Both the position numbers and the translations under genes were made by a program. Under the pieces are notes generated by a model. That model was not told where the DNA came from. It searched no databases and saw only the letters and a list, made by a program, of their open reading frames with translations. A stretch of 63,828 nt of DNA, the filler included, from Octopus bimaculoides (taxonomy: Eukaryota), in NCBI RefSeq assembly GCF_001194135.2. It is 7 parts of 7 records of this genome, joined end to end, with 100 filler letters (N's around TTAATTAATTAA, not from the genome) between each part and the next. Parts side by side here need not be neighbours in the genome. Positions count along the whole stretch, not along the records: positions 17,057 to 25,868 come from NW_026347718.1; positions 25,969 to 49,682 come from NC_068995.1; 5 more parts are not named here. One strand, 5' to 3'. This document shows positions 24,020-38,299 of the stretch, in pieces (the first letter of the stretch is position 1; every line of letters starts with the position of its first letter).

Positions 24020-24876
24020 AAGCAGTAGCCGCGGCAGCAGCAGCGCCGCCGCCGCCAACAACAACAACAACAACAACCATAGCAGTGATAACATGAACAT
24101 CAACAACATTGACAACAACAACAACAACAACAACAAAAGAACTACAACAACAAAAACAACACCATTTCCAAACTCATTCCTTTCCTTTCCTTTCCCTTTC
24201 TTCTTCTTCTTCTTCTTTTTCTCCTTCTTCTTCTTCAACTTCTTCTTTTCTTCTTCTTCTTGTTCTTCTCCTTCTCCTTCTTCTTCTTCTTTTTCTTCTA
24301 CTTCTTCTTCTTCTTCTTCATTCACCACCAGCCTCCTACCGCTCCACCCACCGCGAAACCACCACCACTTCACCTTCCTCGCCTCCTTTTCCTTTTTCTT
24401 CTCACCCCTTCCAACACACACCTCTTCAACTTCGACGACTTTCTCATCTTTTCACCACCACCACCACCACCACCACCACCACTATCGTCGTAATCAACAG
24501 TAGCCCTCCTCCCACTTGCAGTCTCTCTATCTCTCCTTCTGCCTCTCTAATTCTTTTGTCTCACATCTGTGCGTCTCTCTCAATTTTGTCTCTCTCTGTG
24601 GCCCTTAATCTCTCTTTGTCTCACTCAGTCTTTGTCTTTCCGTTGCTCCTTCCCCCCCCCTTCTCTCTCTCTCTCTTTCTCTCTCTCTCTTTCTATTCGT
24701 TCGTCGCTTTCTTTCTGGCTTTCTCTCTTTATATCTCTATCTTTCTCTCTGATTCCCTCTTTCTTGTATCTCTCAGTACATTAACTACCGTTCCATTGTG
24801 ACCACCACCACCACCACCACCACGCACATCAAAATGATCACCACCACCACCATCACCTCCAACAACAACAACACCA
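24020..24876. repeat. (AAC)n/(TTC)n/(CAC)n/(CT)n low-complexity mosaic
   Basis: Directly visible. Confidence 0.92.
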
Positions 24877-25868
24877 NNNNNNNNNNNNNNNNNNNNNNNN
24901 NNNNNNNNNNNNNNNNNNNNNNNNNNNNNNNNNNNNNNNNNNNNNNNNNNNNNNNNNNNNNNNNNNNNNNNNNNNNNNNNNNNNNNNNNNNNNNNNNNNN
25001 NNNNNNNNNNNNNNNNNNNNNNNNNNNNNNNNNNNNNNNNNNNNNNNNNNNNNNNNNNNNNNNNNNNNNNNNNNNNNNNNNNNNNNNNNNNNNNNNNNNN
25101 NNNNNNNNNNNNNNNNNNNNNNNNNNNNNNNNNNNNNNNNNNNNNNNNNNNNNNNNNNNNNNNNNNNNNNNNNNNNNNNNNNNNNNNNNNNNNNNNNNNN
25201 NNNNNNNNNNNNNNNNNNNNNNNNNNNNNNNNNNNNNNNNNNNNNNNNNNNNNNNNNNNNNNNNNNNNNNNNNNNNNNNNNNNNNNNNNNNNNNNNNNNN
25301 NNNNNNNNNNNNNNNNNNNNNNNNNNNNNNNNNNNNNNNNNNNNNNNNNNNNNNCACACACACACACACACACACACACGGGCATACTGACATACACATA
25401 CTGACCGAACGCACACACATACACACACACACACACACACACATTCGTGGATACGCATACTTACGCATACATAAACACAAACACACACATATGCAACACA
25501 TGCATACATATAAACACACACACATACAGTTACACATATATACACATATATATAATACATGCATGCATATAAACACACGTAAACACACAGACACAAACAC
25601 ACACACACACTCTTATTCTCATATACACATACATGCTCGCAAGCACACGCAGAGACACATATAGGCACACTCAAACACAAACACACACACATTTATATAC
25701 ATATATATATATATATATACGACATACAAACATATAACACACACACTCGTCCGCGCACCTGCATACACTAAAACACACTTACAGATACATGTACAATACA
25801 CAAACACACAAACACATAAGACCTACATATGTAAACACATACACACATGTATATATATATATATATAT

Positions 25869-25968
25869 NNNNNNNNNNNNNNNNNNNNNNNNNNNNNNNN
25901 NNNNNNNNNNNNTTAATTAATTAANNNNNNNNNNNNNNNNNNNNNNNNNNNNNNNNNNNNNNNNNNNN
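25869..25968. other. Artificial scaffold join
   Basis: 44N-TTAATTAATTAA-44N. Confidence 0.95.
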
Positions 25969-26108
25969 CAGGGTAAGGTTGACAAGACACAAATAAATTA
26001 AGGAAAGCAATCTTACATTTGCAATTGATGAGGATTGCATGACAATATGAACTTCGAATGTAAACAAGGAGAAGTAAGAGAAGGAAAGTGAGTGAAAGAG
26101 TGAAAGAG

Positions 26109-26154
<46 letters not shown>

Positions 26155-26470
26155 ACCAACACTCTTTTCCCGCTGTTCACGTTTGCCTGCTTTTCCTCCA
26201 CTTTTAAATTTTCTTCCCTTGATCCCACCTCTCATCCTCTTTTTCTCCCTTACAACTCTGTCTACCTGTGGAGCTCAGGTTGTCTTGTGTTCCTCATCAG
26301 TTGCAGCCAATCTCTCAAACATAGATGATACAACCCTCGGTCGACTTTCTTTTATTCCCTTCACATCAACTTTACCCTGAAGGAGAACTCTGTCAGAAAC
26401 GTTGAAACCTCCACTCACCAGTGCATTTTCACTGTATTCTTTCTGTTGCTTTACACAATATGTAAAAAAA

Positions 26471-26528
<58 letters not shown>

Positions 26529-27119
26529 CATACATTATAAAAACTGATGATATACGCATATAAAAATCAAAGACTAAATACAAAGACATAAACTTTGAGG
26601 GAAAACTGCGAAGTATGTTACTTCTTAAATTGCCTTACATAAGCAACACGTAAAAATAAAGACACAGATCAAATTATATATCCAGAGAAAATACATTAAC
26701 AATACATATGGTTTATAATCTGGCAAGGCTGCATAATCTCCATTTTTACAACCGGTGCAATAAAACAGAACCTATAAATAACATCGGAGTTAGTTACGGG
26801 TGATGATAACCAGTAAATAGAACAGAATATGGTTCAGTTGAACAATTAATTGTCAAAGAATTGTTTGATACGATAATTTGAATAAATTATTCAGGACACG
26901 CTAAAAACAATTTTCAATTTGTTGTCGTTATATTTTTAAAAGTATATTTGCATTTTTGGGGGGAGAATACAGTACGTCGTATTCTATACACTTACTTCAC
27001 AAAACTAATCTTTTTAATATACATTCTTTATATTTCATGTTTCTCATTCCATATTGATATCAAAACTTTACGTATCACACCCCGACCACCTCAAAAGAAT
27101 TGAAAAGCTGGGCAACATC

Positions 27120-27188
27120 TTGGACATGGGGCAAACCAATGGTTTGTGAATGAATTTGGTTGAGGAAACTTTGCGGTAGCCCGTTGTA

Positions 27189-27229
<41 letters not shown>

Positions 27230-27480
27230 GTATCTCTCTATAATATATATCTATGTATATATGTATGTATGTATGTGTGTGTGTGTGTGCGTTTTCGTTT
27301 GTCCACCACATCATTCGACTACGGGTGTTGATTTGTTTACCCAGTAGTTCAGCCAGAGTCCGGTAGAGTAAGTACCAGACAAAAACAAAAAAAAACAGAA
27401 ACAAAGGGGTCAATTTGTTAAAATTAACCCTTCAGAACAGTAACCTAGGATGGTCGCAGTCTAATAACCGAAGCAAGTAA
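27120..27480 (+). mobile_element. SINE-C, strongly degenerate, with internal (TATC)n/(TG)n
   Basis: GGGCAAACCAATGGTTTGTGAATGAATTTGGT...GAAACT...CCCGT then microsatellite then GATAGAGTAAGTACCAG-like tail. Confidence 0.6.
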
Positions 27481-28567
27481 TACATAACATATTAAAGATT
27501 AAGTAACAGGAGTCCTAGAGGCCCCTAAAATATAGAATAGTGAAGGTTAAAATATATTTGGTCGGACAAGTACATGATTAGGTTTGATCAAATGCTAAAG
27601 AACAAAGAAAGTGATGTATACACCGTCCCCTACACACACAGACACGCATATATATATANNNNNNNNNNNNNNNNNNNNNNNNNNNNNNNNNNNNNNNNNN
27701 NNNNNNNNNNNNNNNNNNNNNNNNNNNNNNNNNNNNNNNNNNNNNNNNNNNNNNNNNNNNNNNNNNNNNNNNNNNNNNNNNNNNNNNNNNNNNNNNNNNN
27801 NNNNNNNNNNNNNNNNNNNNNNNNNNNNNNNNNNNNNNNNNNNNNNNNNNNNNNNNNNNNNNNNNNNNNNNNNNNNNNNNNNNNNNNNNNNNNNNNNNNN
27901 NNNNNNNNNNNNNNNNNNNNNNNNNNNNNNNNNNNNNNNNNNNNNNNNNNNNNNNNNNNNNNNNNNNNNNNNNNNNNNNNNNNNNNNNNNNNNNNNNNNN
28001 NNNNNNNNNNNNNNNNNNNNNNNNNNNNNNNNNNNNNNNNNNNNNNNNNNNNNNNNNNNNNNNNNNNNNNNNNNNNNNNNNNNNNNNNNNNNNNNNNNNN
28101 NNNNNNNNNNNNNNNNNNNNNNNNNNNNNNNNNNNNNNNNNNNNNNNNNNNNNNNNNNNNNNNNNNNNNNNNNNNNNNNNNNNNNNNNNNNNNNNNNNNN
28201 NNNNNNNNNNNNNNNNNNNNNNNNNNNNNNNNNNNNNNNNNNNNNNNNNNNNNNNNNNNNNNNNNNNNNNNNNNNNNNNNNNNNNNNNNNNNNNNNNNNN
28301 NNNNNNNNNNNNNNNNNNNNNNNNNNNNNNNNNNNNNNNNNNNNNNNNNNNNNNNNNNNNNNNNNNNNNNNNNNNNNNNNNNNNNNNNNNNNNNNNNNNN
28401 NNNNNNNNNNNNNNNNNNNNNNNNNNNNNNNNNNNNNNNNNNNNNNNNNNNNNNNNNNNNNNNNNNNNNNNNNNNNNNNNNNNNNNNNNNNNNNNNNNNN
28501 NNNNNNNNNNNNNNNNNNNNNNNNNNNNNNNNNNNNNNNNNNNNNNNNNNNNNNNNNNNNNNNNNNN

Positions 28568-28636
<69 letters not shown>

Positions 28637-28689
28637 TTTATGTCTAAAATTGAATTAAAAGAGGAGACTTTAAAATGTAGTTTCCAGAC

Positions 28690-29000
28690 CTTGTTTTGAG
28701 TATGTCCCCAGTAGTGTGCCTTAAAAGCACATTCACCACATACGGCTACCAGATGTCATCCGCGATACAGCACTTTAGTAGCAGGATCTACGTAAGAAAT
28801 TTCCACACTGCACGTTTTAAACGACTGGGAAGACAGAGTGTGCTGTAAGCTTTATTTAGTTCGACGATCTTTTCGGCCTACATCTGCACATCTAATGTAA
28901 TCGAATGCACCCCACAGTGCAGAAAAACCTCTTCAGTATATAGCGAAGGTTACAGTGTTATAATAACATTTCTCGACTGTGTGGAAGGAAGATGTTGATA
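28690..29000 (-). mobile_element. Possible decayed RTE-clade LINE RT remnant
   Basis: Minus-strand FCTVGAFDYIRCADVGRKIVELNKAYST...RLKRAVWK resembles the RTE FCYLGS...EISRRIAKASSAFGRL..RVW block; multiple stops. Confidence 0.35.
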
Positions 29001-29222
29001 TGATGCGTGCGTTTATAGTGGTTGACCAATCCATTAATGAGGTAGGATATTTGGCATGTATTCGAGGAGTGGTCGGTAAGAACTGCAAAGAATAAACGGG
29101 AAGGTCAGAATGGCTTTTGAATGAAAAGCGCTCTAAAGGCTGTGGATTTGTTTTGATGGTTGGTCATGCGTATCATTTGTGGCAAGGTGGGAAAACACAC
29201 ACCTACATACACATACACGCGC

Positions 29223-29267
<45 letters not shown>

Positions 29268-29608
29268 NNNNNNNNNNNNNNNNNNNNNNNNNNNNNNNNN
29301 NNNNNNNNNNNNNNNNNNNNNNNNNNNNNNNNNNNNNNNNNNNNNNNNNNNNNNNNNNNNNNNNNNNNNNNNNNNNNNNNNNNNNNNNNNNNNNNNNNNN
29401 NNNNNNNNNNNNNNNNNNNNNNNNNNNNNNNNNNNNNNNNNNNNNNNNNNNNNNNNNNNNNNNNNNNNNNNNNNNNNNNNNNNNNNNNNNNNNNNNNNNN
29501 NNNNNNNNNNNNNNNNNNNNNNNNNNNNNNNNNNNNNNNNNNNNNNNNNNNNNNNNNNNNNNNNNNNNNNNNNNNNNNNNNNNNNNNNNNNNNNNNNNNN
29601 NNNNNNNN

Positions 29609-29654
<46 letters not shown>

Positions 29655-29719
29655 TCACTTCTTAGTGTTACTACTATGAGCGTAGCTTCTGCGTGCTGCG
29701 GCTACTGCTGTTGCTTCTA

Positions 29720-29860
29720 ATATAGGAACAAGACCTAAGATTTCGAAGAAAGGCGGTTACATGATACTATCGATTCAATACCTAAATGGCGTCAATTTTT
29801 ATCAACTTTCCAGAAATAAAAGTCAAAGTTAACCTCAGTGGGATTTGAACACAGAACGAA
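29720..29860 (-). mobile_element. SINE-A, degenerate
   Basis: CAAAGTTAACCTCAGTGGGATTTGAACACAGAACG. Confidence 0.65.
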
Positions 29861-29894
29861 TAGAAACGGTAAGAATATCAATTTAAAATGTTCC

Positions 29895-30015
29895 GGCACA
29901 AGGCTAGCAATTTCAGGGTAGGGGTAAGTAGATTACATCGACCCCAGGGCTCAACTGCCACGTATTTTATCGATCCTGAAAGGATGAAAGGCAAGGTCGA
30001 CCTCGGCCGAATTTA
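29895..30015 (-). mobile_element. SINE-A 3' half
   Basis: GATTACATCGACCCCAG...GAAAGGATGAAAGGCAAGGTCGACCTCGGC. Confidence 0.8.
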
Positions 30016-30019
30016 AAAT

Positions 30020-30135
30020 CACCTTTGTTGCATTTCATCCTTCTGTGATCTATAAAATAAAACACCAGTCGAATCCTGCAGTCGATTGGATTGACTAGCT
30101 CTTCCCACCAAACTTGTGGCTTGGTACCAAAGTTG
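30020..30135 (+). mobile_element. SINE-A 3' half, inverted relative to 29895-30015
   Basis: CATTTCATCCTT...ATAAAATAAAACACCAGT...GTCGAT...TTGGTACCAAA. Confidence 0.65.
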
Positions 30136-30379
30136 TAAATCGATATTGATTCATATATAATGTATCTTCATCGGTGTAACATTTTTAAAGGTGAAAATTT
30201 ATATATTTTTTCTTATGTAGTTCATTATTGTTTCATTAGATGTTGACTATGTGAGTAGAGAAAGATTATCTTGAAATGATAATGCTGATATAAGATCTCA
30301 ATATTGGGATGTCAACTCATGGACATACTGACTTAACTCTTATCTATAATCCGACGAAGGAGGATCATACTAGGCGTTT

Positions 30380-30540
30380 GATTGGCTAGAAGCAGCAGTA
30401 GTAAATCTCTCAGATGTGGTCCTACTGTCTTCATATATACAAGAAACATTACAAACATCAGAAACATGTAGTCTAAAATAACAGGATGGTCATGACTGAA
30501 ATACCTTTCAGTCATCGATCTATTATATTAGGTTTGACCT
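30380..30540 (+). repeat. Family D old repeat
   Basis: GCTAGAAGCAGCAGTAGTAAATCTC...ATGTAGTCTA...GGATGGTCATGACTGAAATACCTTT. Confidence 0.55.
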
Positions 30541-31409
30541 AGATGTAAATAGCAACGATAACCTATTATTCAACTCTTCAGGGTTCTTTTTCTCATGAAA
30601 ATACTCCAATGTATAAACTTTAAGGCTTATAGCTCTGATCTTCAATATCCCAGTGTAATAATAAATCGCAATGTCCTTAATATTACATTGTTGCTAACTG
30701 TTCGCATATCAGATGATTGTTTAGTCCCTGGTCAGTACTCATGAAACTGACAAATCCCGTTTGTTTTTACCAAGCCACCCAAAACGAAATAAACGTTCGT
30801 TGATTATGAACTTTTAAAAATAGGGCTCTGAAAGTTATTTCGTTTCTTTTATAAAGATTTATAGGTAAGGATAACAGTAATTGTCTAAATACTACACTCT
30901 TTCAGCGATTTTATGTGATAGATACACCGAGATCACCCTAATACATTCTGACTTCAAACTTTGTTTGCTATAAAATAAAAGGTGAGGAGAAACAAGAAAA
31001 TTGGTCTCTGTTAAATAAATTTTATATAACGCCGTGATATATTGAACAGAGAAAAAAAAAACAATATAAAATACACTAATAATAAATATTAATGTAAGAA
31101 GAGGTTGCACATTTCGGAGAAGGATATTGTCGATAGAATCGATCAAAATGCTGGACTGGTTTTTATAATATCGATTCCCGAGAGAATAAATGGTAATTTC
31201 AACCGTATTTTTAAATGGCAATGCCAATCATATTTTAAGTTAGAGCTTGACGTGGAGTAGATAAAGTGGCAGTCGTTTGACGAACGGTTTAACGTGTGTG
31301 CTATATAATACGTATAAGCAACTATAGCAATAATTCTTTTTAAACAAGAGTGTAAGCCACGATGTCTTGATGGGAGTGGAACAGTCAATATTATCAACAC
31401 GAGCATCTA

Positions 31410-31535
31410 ATAGCTACTTTATTTTATCAACCCTGAAAGGTTGAATCACAAAGTCGGATTCCGATGAATTTAAAATCAGTAATAGGACGGAACAAATAAC
31501 GCATAACATCTTCGCCGACGTTCTAAGGGTGCCTA
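31410..31535 (-). mobile_element. SINE-A, degenerate
   Basis: TACTTTATTTTATCAACCCTGAAAGG...CAAAGTCGG. Confidence 0.6.
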
Positions 31536-31714
31536 TCTATCCTTTAGTAATAATATTAATCAATTCTTATTAGGTACCAAAACAGTTTTTTTTTGGTTTT
31601 TTTTACGAAGAAGGTAGTAGAAACGATGGAAACTACTATAAACCGGTACTTAGAATCGAGATAATATCGTACACTCGATGGCACTTGCAACCTTCATGGA
31701 TTTTAAAATGGAAA

Positions 31715-32068
31715 ATAATCCTGAAATTTGGGGGAGGAGGATAGTCGATTAAATCAATTCCAGTGTTATACCTGGTACTTAATTTATCGATCCCGAAAGG
31801 ATAAATGGCAAAATCGACCTCGGCGGAATTTGAACTCAGAACGTAGCGGCAGACAAAATATAATAAGCATTTCGCCCAGTGCGCTAATGATTCTACCAGA
31901 TCCCCGCCTTTTTAAAACAAAAACATAATCCTTTCAACTATAGGAACAAGGCCTGAAATTTGGGGGAAGGGATTACATCGACCTAAAAGCAAAGTCGACC
32001 TCGGCGGAATTTGAACTCAGAACGTAACGGCAGACGAAATACCACTAAGCATTTCACCCGGCGTACTA
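31715..32068 (-). mobile_element. Two adjacent SINE-A copies (31715-31910 and 31926-32068, the second internally deleted)
   Basis: GACCTCGGCGGAATTTGAACTCAGAACGTA occurs twice. Confidence 0.88.
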
Positions 32069-32881
32069 ATTGAAATGGTTTTGTACACTGGTACAAGTCA
32101 CACATTTATCAAGTTGGGGAATATATTTAATAAATACCAGTAATGTAATGATGGCGGTCAATACACAAGAGTTACTCAAACGGTTGTTGAAATTTNNNNN
32201 NNNNNNNNNNNNNNNNNNNNNNNNNNNNNNNNNNNNNNNNNNNNNNNNNNNNNNNNNNNNNNNNNNNNNNNNNNNNNNNNNNNNNNNNNNNNNNNNNNNN
32301 NNNNNNNNNNNNNNNNNNNNNNNNNNNNNNNNNNNNNNNNNNNNNNNNNNNNNNNNNNNNNNNNNNNNNNNNNNNNNNNNNNNNNNNNNNNNNNNNNNNN
32401 NNNNNNNNNNNNNNNNNNNNNNNNNNNNNNNNNNNNNNNNNNNNNNNNNNNNNNNNNNNNNNNNNNNNNNNNNNNNNNNNNNNNNNNNNNNNNNNNNNNN
32501 NNNNNNNNNNNNNNNNNNNNNNNNNNNNNNNNNNNNNNNNNNNNNNNNNNNNNNNNNNNNNNNNNNNNNNNNNNNNNNNNNNNNNNNNNNNNNNNNNNNN
32601 NNNNNNNNNNNNNNNNNNNNNNNNNNNNNNNNNNNNNNNNNNNNNNNNNNNNNNNNNNNNNNNNNNNNNNNNNNNNNNNNNNNNNNNNNNNNNNNNNNNN
32701 NNNNNNNNNNNNNNNNNNNNNNNNNNNNNNNNNNNNNNNNNNNNNNNNNNNNNNNNNNNNNNNNNNNNNNNNNNNNNNNNNNNNNNNNNNNNNNNNNNNN
32801 NNNNNNNNNNNNNNNNNNNNNNNNNNNNNNNNNNNNNNNNNNNNNNNNNNNNNNNNNNNNNNNNNNNNNNNNNNNNNNNNN

Positions 32882-32947
<66 letters not shown>

Positions 32948-33464
32948 ATACATATACACACATACACGCATATATGTAATACTGAAACGTATGTATGTAA
33001 ATATGGTGTACCATTAAATATGAATTTAGATAACTTTCAGTCTATTTTACAGTGTTTATCTAAACGTAAACAAAAATACTCATATGCATTGTTTGTGTGT
33101 TGTGTGTATACATATAATTATATTTATATATATTAGTGTGTAACGAGAGAGTAATGTATAGATATAACTAGAGGATACCATTTATTTAATCTACATGAGA
33201 TGTCTATTTGAGTGCGCATTAAGATCCAAAAGATAGTCTGTGCCGATTTTATGTTCATGTGAAATAAACTAACGGGATGAATGAACCTTCAATATGCACC
33301 ATAATGAAGATATGAAAATATGAAATGTTTAGCAAAAATTGTTTTATGAAACGCCTGTATCATACAAGCAGAGCGCGGCTACTCCTTTGTAATAACTGGA
33401 ACGTGGAAATAGAATGCAGGTCAGATTTTCTCCTAATCTTTTGTAGATAGTGTTGTTGTTTTGT

Positions 33465-33665
33465 GTGGAGGCGCGTGGCTTAGTGGTTAGGGTGTCAGCA
33501 TCATGATCGTAAGATTGTGGTTTCGATTCCTGGGCCGGGAGACGCGTTGTGTTCTTGAGCAAAACAGTTCATTTCATGTTGCTCCAGTCCACTCTGCTGG
33601 CAAAAATGAGTAACGCTAACGTCCCGTACAGCTGGGGTACACATACGCCATTGAAACCGGGAAAG
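33465..33665 (+). mobile_element. SINE with SINE-B-type head, CORE-like centre and alternative tail
   Basis: GGAGGCGCGTGGCTTAGTGGTTAGGG...GTTTCGATTCCTGG, then GTGTTCTTGAGCAAAAC...CTCCAGTCCACTC...AAAATGAGTA, then CATACGCCATTGAAACCGGGAAA. Confidence 0.8.
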
Positions 33666-34479
33666 GGCGCTGTTGTTTTGGCTCCTTTCATTGTTTGACA
33701 AAGTTAACTGAAAATAGTCGAGGCTAATGCCTGCCTGATATTTTCGTGACGTTTGCAGCTCATTTTTCTATTTTACTGTTTCAGTTAGAAGAGAAAATTT
33801 AGCACTGCTGCCCCTTTTTAGTGTGTCCGTGATTTGTGAGAGAAACTTATCATTAGTCTGAAAACTCGATTCTAGTAATTACAAACAAATGGACTCAAAA
33901 TTCATCAAATAGTTCCGTGATGTGTCTAAACAATGCGGCAAATCAAATCTACCATCCATGTACGGATTCAATCATTCAGACAGCGTTCTATATAGTTTTC
34001 ATCAATCAAATTCCGTTAACAAGAATTTGTTCAAATCGAGTTTATAGTGGAAGACATTTCCCAAACTGTTGAGCTTTCTTAATGAATACAAAACCATGCT
34101 GCTGCAAAATAAAGTTTTAAACCACGGAATCTTTCGATGTAAATAAAGTATTTTACATAGACTGTCTTTAAGAAGCACCAATTGGGTCTCGGTCACCAGG
34201 CATGTGCAGAATTCAACATTTAAAAGGAGAATATGAATGTGACATTCTGAATCAGTTATTCTTAAAACTTACTTTTGATAATAAAAATAAAATACTGAAA
34301 TAATCACATATCAGAGCGAGTATAATGAAATTATTTAAGGTCGCAGTACCTTCCCAAGGACGTCAAAACAACTGATGCAGATAATTTTGTTCTTGCTTAC
34401 ATTATTTATGGAATGTAAGTTACTTGATGGTTTTATTACTCTCATGGAAAGCTACAAGTAAGAGAGCCTCTACACTGTA

Positions 34480-34570
34480 TCTCGGCCTGTTGCATATAGC
34501 AACAAAATCTCCTTTAAATCATTTTCTGCCATCTTCAATAAATGGATCGACACATTGGATAACTTGGCCC
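34480..34570 (+). repeat. Family D old repeat
   Basis: GCATATAGCAACAAAATCTCCTTTAAATCA...GACACATTGGATAA. Confidence 0.5.
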
Positions 34571-35187
34571 TTGATATAAAAGCAACACAAAAAGTTCGGT
34601 GCCCTGGTTCATCTGTTGATCCATACAAATCTACAAGTTTAACGAATGGTGATGTAATCTGTTGAATGATAATTGTTGATTTTGGTGGGACGACCATAAA
34701 TCATGTGTTTGGATTGTCATTGCTTTGAAATATAGTGTATGGAGGGACAGATTACTTTGATAAAACTCGTCCTTTTCAGAAAGCCCATGATTAAGGAATT
34801 CGCTAGAGTGTCGGGCAAAAAGCCTAACAATATTTTTCCGGATCTATTCGATCTAAATTCGAATTCCGCTGCGGTTAACTTTATCATTCAAAGCTCGATA
34901 AAATTAAAAAGCAGTTCAAGATGGCAAGTTAACGGATTTCGACAGCGCTGGAGAAAATAGTTTACGGTATTTGTTCAGCTCTTTATTTTCTGAGTTCCTA
35001 GATAAAGTGTGTCCGTGTCTGCCTGTAGCCGATATAATGTTGCTCTGTAAAGTATATTCGAAGAAGGACAATGAAAAACCATTGTATTTTCTCACACCAT
35101 ATCCATTATAAAACTTTCTGGAAAGTTTACCAGGGACTCATCGTCGACTTGAGAGAGAGTGAGAGTGAGTGAGAGAGTAGAGTGAGG

Positions 35188-35236
<49 letters not shown>

Positions 35237-35873
35237 TGAGGGAGAGAGGGATAGGGTTCTCATTCTTCCAACATGGTACTTTTTAAGGATTCTGTCTTTA
35301 GCTTTGGAGCAACACTCGTGAATGCATACGGACTGTTGTTCTTCCAGTAGTAGTCAGACGTTCTATCAACATAACCATTATCAATTCTCATCAGATGCTT
35401 ATATAAACTATACTTGACAAGCCAAAGATGGAACGTCGACATATTAGAAATAGCAGCATTGAATAATGTGCTTTAGATAGATAATAACTGAGCAAATAGC
35501 AGGCAGGTCAACTTTGATTCAAGGTTTTCTTGATTAAGGCTTACCAGAATAAAACTAACACAACTATACTGTAATTTATATTAAACTAAAAAAAATAAGT
35601 GCTTCAAGAATTTCTGTGTTCTTCTGCACTAGATATCTTCTGCATTAAACTATTATGATTTTTGTTTTGAGAAATATTAGTTGTCTTTCCAGCAATATTG
35701 GTTCCGCCTCCGTAACATAGAGATTCGGCAAAAGAAAACGATAGAATAATTACCATTCTTAAATGGAAAAATATTACAGTCGATGTTATTTGACTAAACC
35801 GGTCAAGACAGCGTTTCTCCATCACGCAGTCCAGTAACTGAAATAAAACAAAAACCAAATGCAGGTTATAAGT

Positions 35874-36124
35874 CAGTGGTTCTAAACCAGGTTCCATATG
35901 GCCCTTCGGGGTCCGTATCATATTTTGCTGTGAAAATTTATGTGCAATAAAATGGTTATATTTCTACAGTATATGAAATATTTTAACAATTTTTCATACA
36001 ACTCCTAATAATATTTAATCCTAAAAATATACAGTTTTAGACATCGAACGGCTATGAGAGATCACCTTCTGAGTAAAATAGAAACCAAAGGGCTCCATTG
36101 GCAAAAAGTGGTTGAGAACCACCG
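35874..36124. mobile_element. hAT-type MITE
   Basis: TIRs CAGTGGTTCTAAACC / GGTTGAGAACCACCG (13/15 complementary); no clear 8-bp TSD. Confidence 0.7.
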
Positions 36125-38082
36125 ACAAGGTATTTTTGTAAACTATATCATGAAGCTGAGACTTTTTTTCTTATGTTAATCGTTGTTTCAAAATTTTCAC
36201 TTCTTTATGGAGTGCCTTTTCGATGTCGGAGAACGCTTAACGCAATATAAAACTGTAAATATCTTACAGTAGGTAGCTGTATCCCTTTTCTTTCCAAATC
36301 GAAATCCTACGCACGAAGCCTTCTTTCTTCTTTCATTCTTATCAGGTTAATAAAGTAAGAACCACTCATTAGCTATATTCCTTCACCTTCATTAATTCTC
36401 TTTGTAACTGATGAAAATGTTCTTGTATCAAGTTCTTTTTCTTTATAAAGAAAAAAAAATAAAAGAAAGAATACGATGAAATCCAACTACAATTTATTGA
36501 TCGCTTCGTTCATATTTAAAATAAGAGTCCGTTCCAGCTTGTAATTGGCTATACACCATCACTCTTATAACTTCTTAACATACGAAAATATGTATGTTAT
36601 CAAGGCATTTTTTTTTTAGGTAAGAGAAAAGGTGGGGGATAAAATAGGAAGGTAAGAAAAGAAAATTAAAAAGAAATCCAACTTTAGCTGATAGACCCGC
36701 TAGTAATAATTGCACACTAGTCTCTCCTCTAAATAACCTTCTAACGGGTATCTTAACATGTTTTGAATACAAAGTTTTTTTCTGAAATATTATATCACGT
36801 ATCAAGGTTTGCCAACCGATAGCCTGGCAGAAGTCATGTTTGAAATCTTTGTTTAACACATCAGAAATTATCCAGACTTTTCTTTTTGCTAGCATAAGCT
36901 ATCAACAGTTAGCTAGAAACTAACATAGCCAGAAGCTAAATGTTCTCATTGTTTTTGTTACCATGACATTTGTATTTGTTAGGTACATTGTTTATAAAAA
37001 AGTTCATTCAACACCAGATGATGTGACTTCTTTCTTTTTGAATAATCACTATTCACCACTTTACATCCTTAACCACTGAATACATACATGTATGTATATA
37101 CATATGCATATATATATATAGACATATATATATANNNNNNNNNNNNNNNNNNNNNNNNNNNNNNNNNNNNNNNNNNNNNNNNNNNNNNNNNNNNNNNNNN
37201 NNNNNNNNNNNNNNNNNNNNNNNNNNNNNNNNNNNNNNNNNNNNNNNNNNNNNNNNNNNNNNNNNNNNNNNNNNNNNNNNNNNNNNNNNNNNNNNNNNNN
37301 NNNNNNNNNNNNNNNNNNNNNNNNNNNNNNNNNNNNNNNNNNNNNNNNNNNNNNNNNNNNNNNNNNNNNNNNNNNNNNNNNNNNNNNNNNNNNNNNNNNN
37401 NNNNNNNNNNNNNNNNNNNNNNNNNNNNNNNNNNNNNNNNNNNNNNNNNNNNNNNNNNNNNNNNNNNNNNNNNNNNNNNNNNNNNNNNNNNNNNNNNNNN
37501 NNNNNNNNNNNNNNNNNNNNNNNNNNNNNNNNNNNNNNNNNNNNNNNNNNNNNNNNNNNNNNNNNNNNNNNNNNNNNNNNNNNNNNNNNNNNNNNNNNNN
37601 NNNNNNNNNNNNNNNNNNNNNNNNNNNNNNNNNNNNNNNNNNNNNNNNNNNNNNNNNNNNNNNNNNNNNNNNNNNNNNNNNNNNNNNNNNNNNNNNNNNN
37701 NNNNNNNNNNNNNNNNNNNNNNNNNNNNNNNNNNNNNNNNNNNNNNNNNNNNNNNNNNNNNNNNNNNNNNNNNNNNNNNNNNNNNNNNNNNNNNNNNNNN
37801 NNNNNNNNNNNNNNNNNNNNNNNNNNNNNNNNNNNNNNNNNNNNNNNNNNNNNNNNNNNNNNNNNNNNNNNNNNNNNNNNNNNNNNNNNNNNNNNNNNNN
37901 NNNNNNNNNNNNNNNNNNNNNNNNNNNGGTCAAAAGACCAATAGGATAAGTGCCAGGCTTTAAACAAATAAGTGGGACCGATTCATTCAACAATAAAGTT
38001 CTTAAAAGCCGAAACGCAGCTTGGCTGCAGTCTAATAAATGAAACAGATAAAAGACATACATATATACATACATACATACTT

Positions 38083-38138
<56 letters not shown>

Positions 38139-38299
38139 AGAGATAGATAGATGAAAAGAGAGAGAGGTGAGAAGCTGAAGTTGCATGTTTAGATTCTTGA
38201 GTTGAGAGGGTAGCCACAAAAAATACATAAAAATGGTTGAGATATCCATCCATTCTTCTCCACCCAATATTCCTTTGTTTTGGGTGTAAAGTCCTTGGG

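Noticed and set aside
34470-34697. 75-aa ORF on the minus strand
   Set aside because: Overlaps a family D repeat copy; no recognisable domain.
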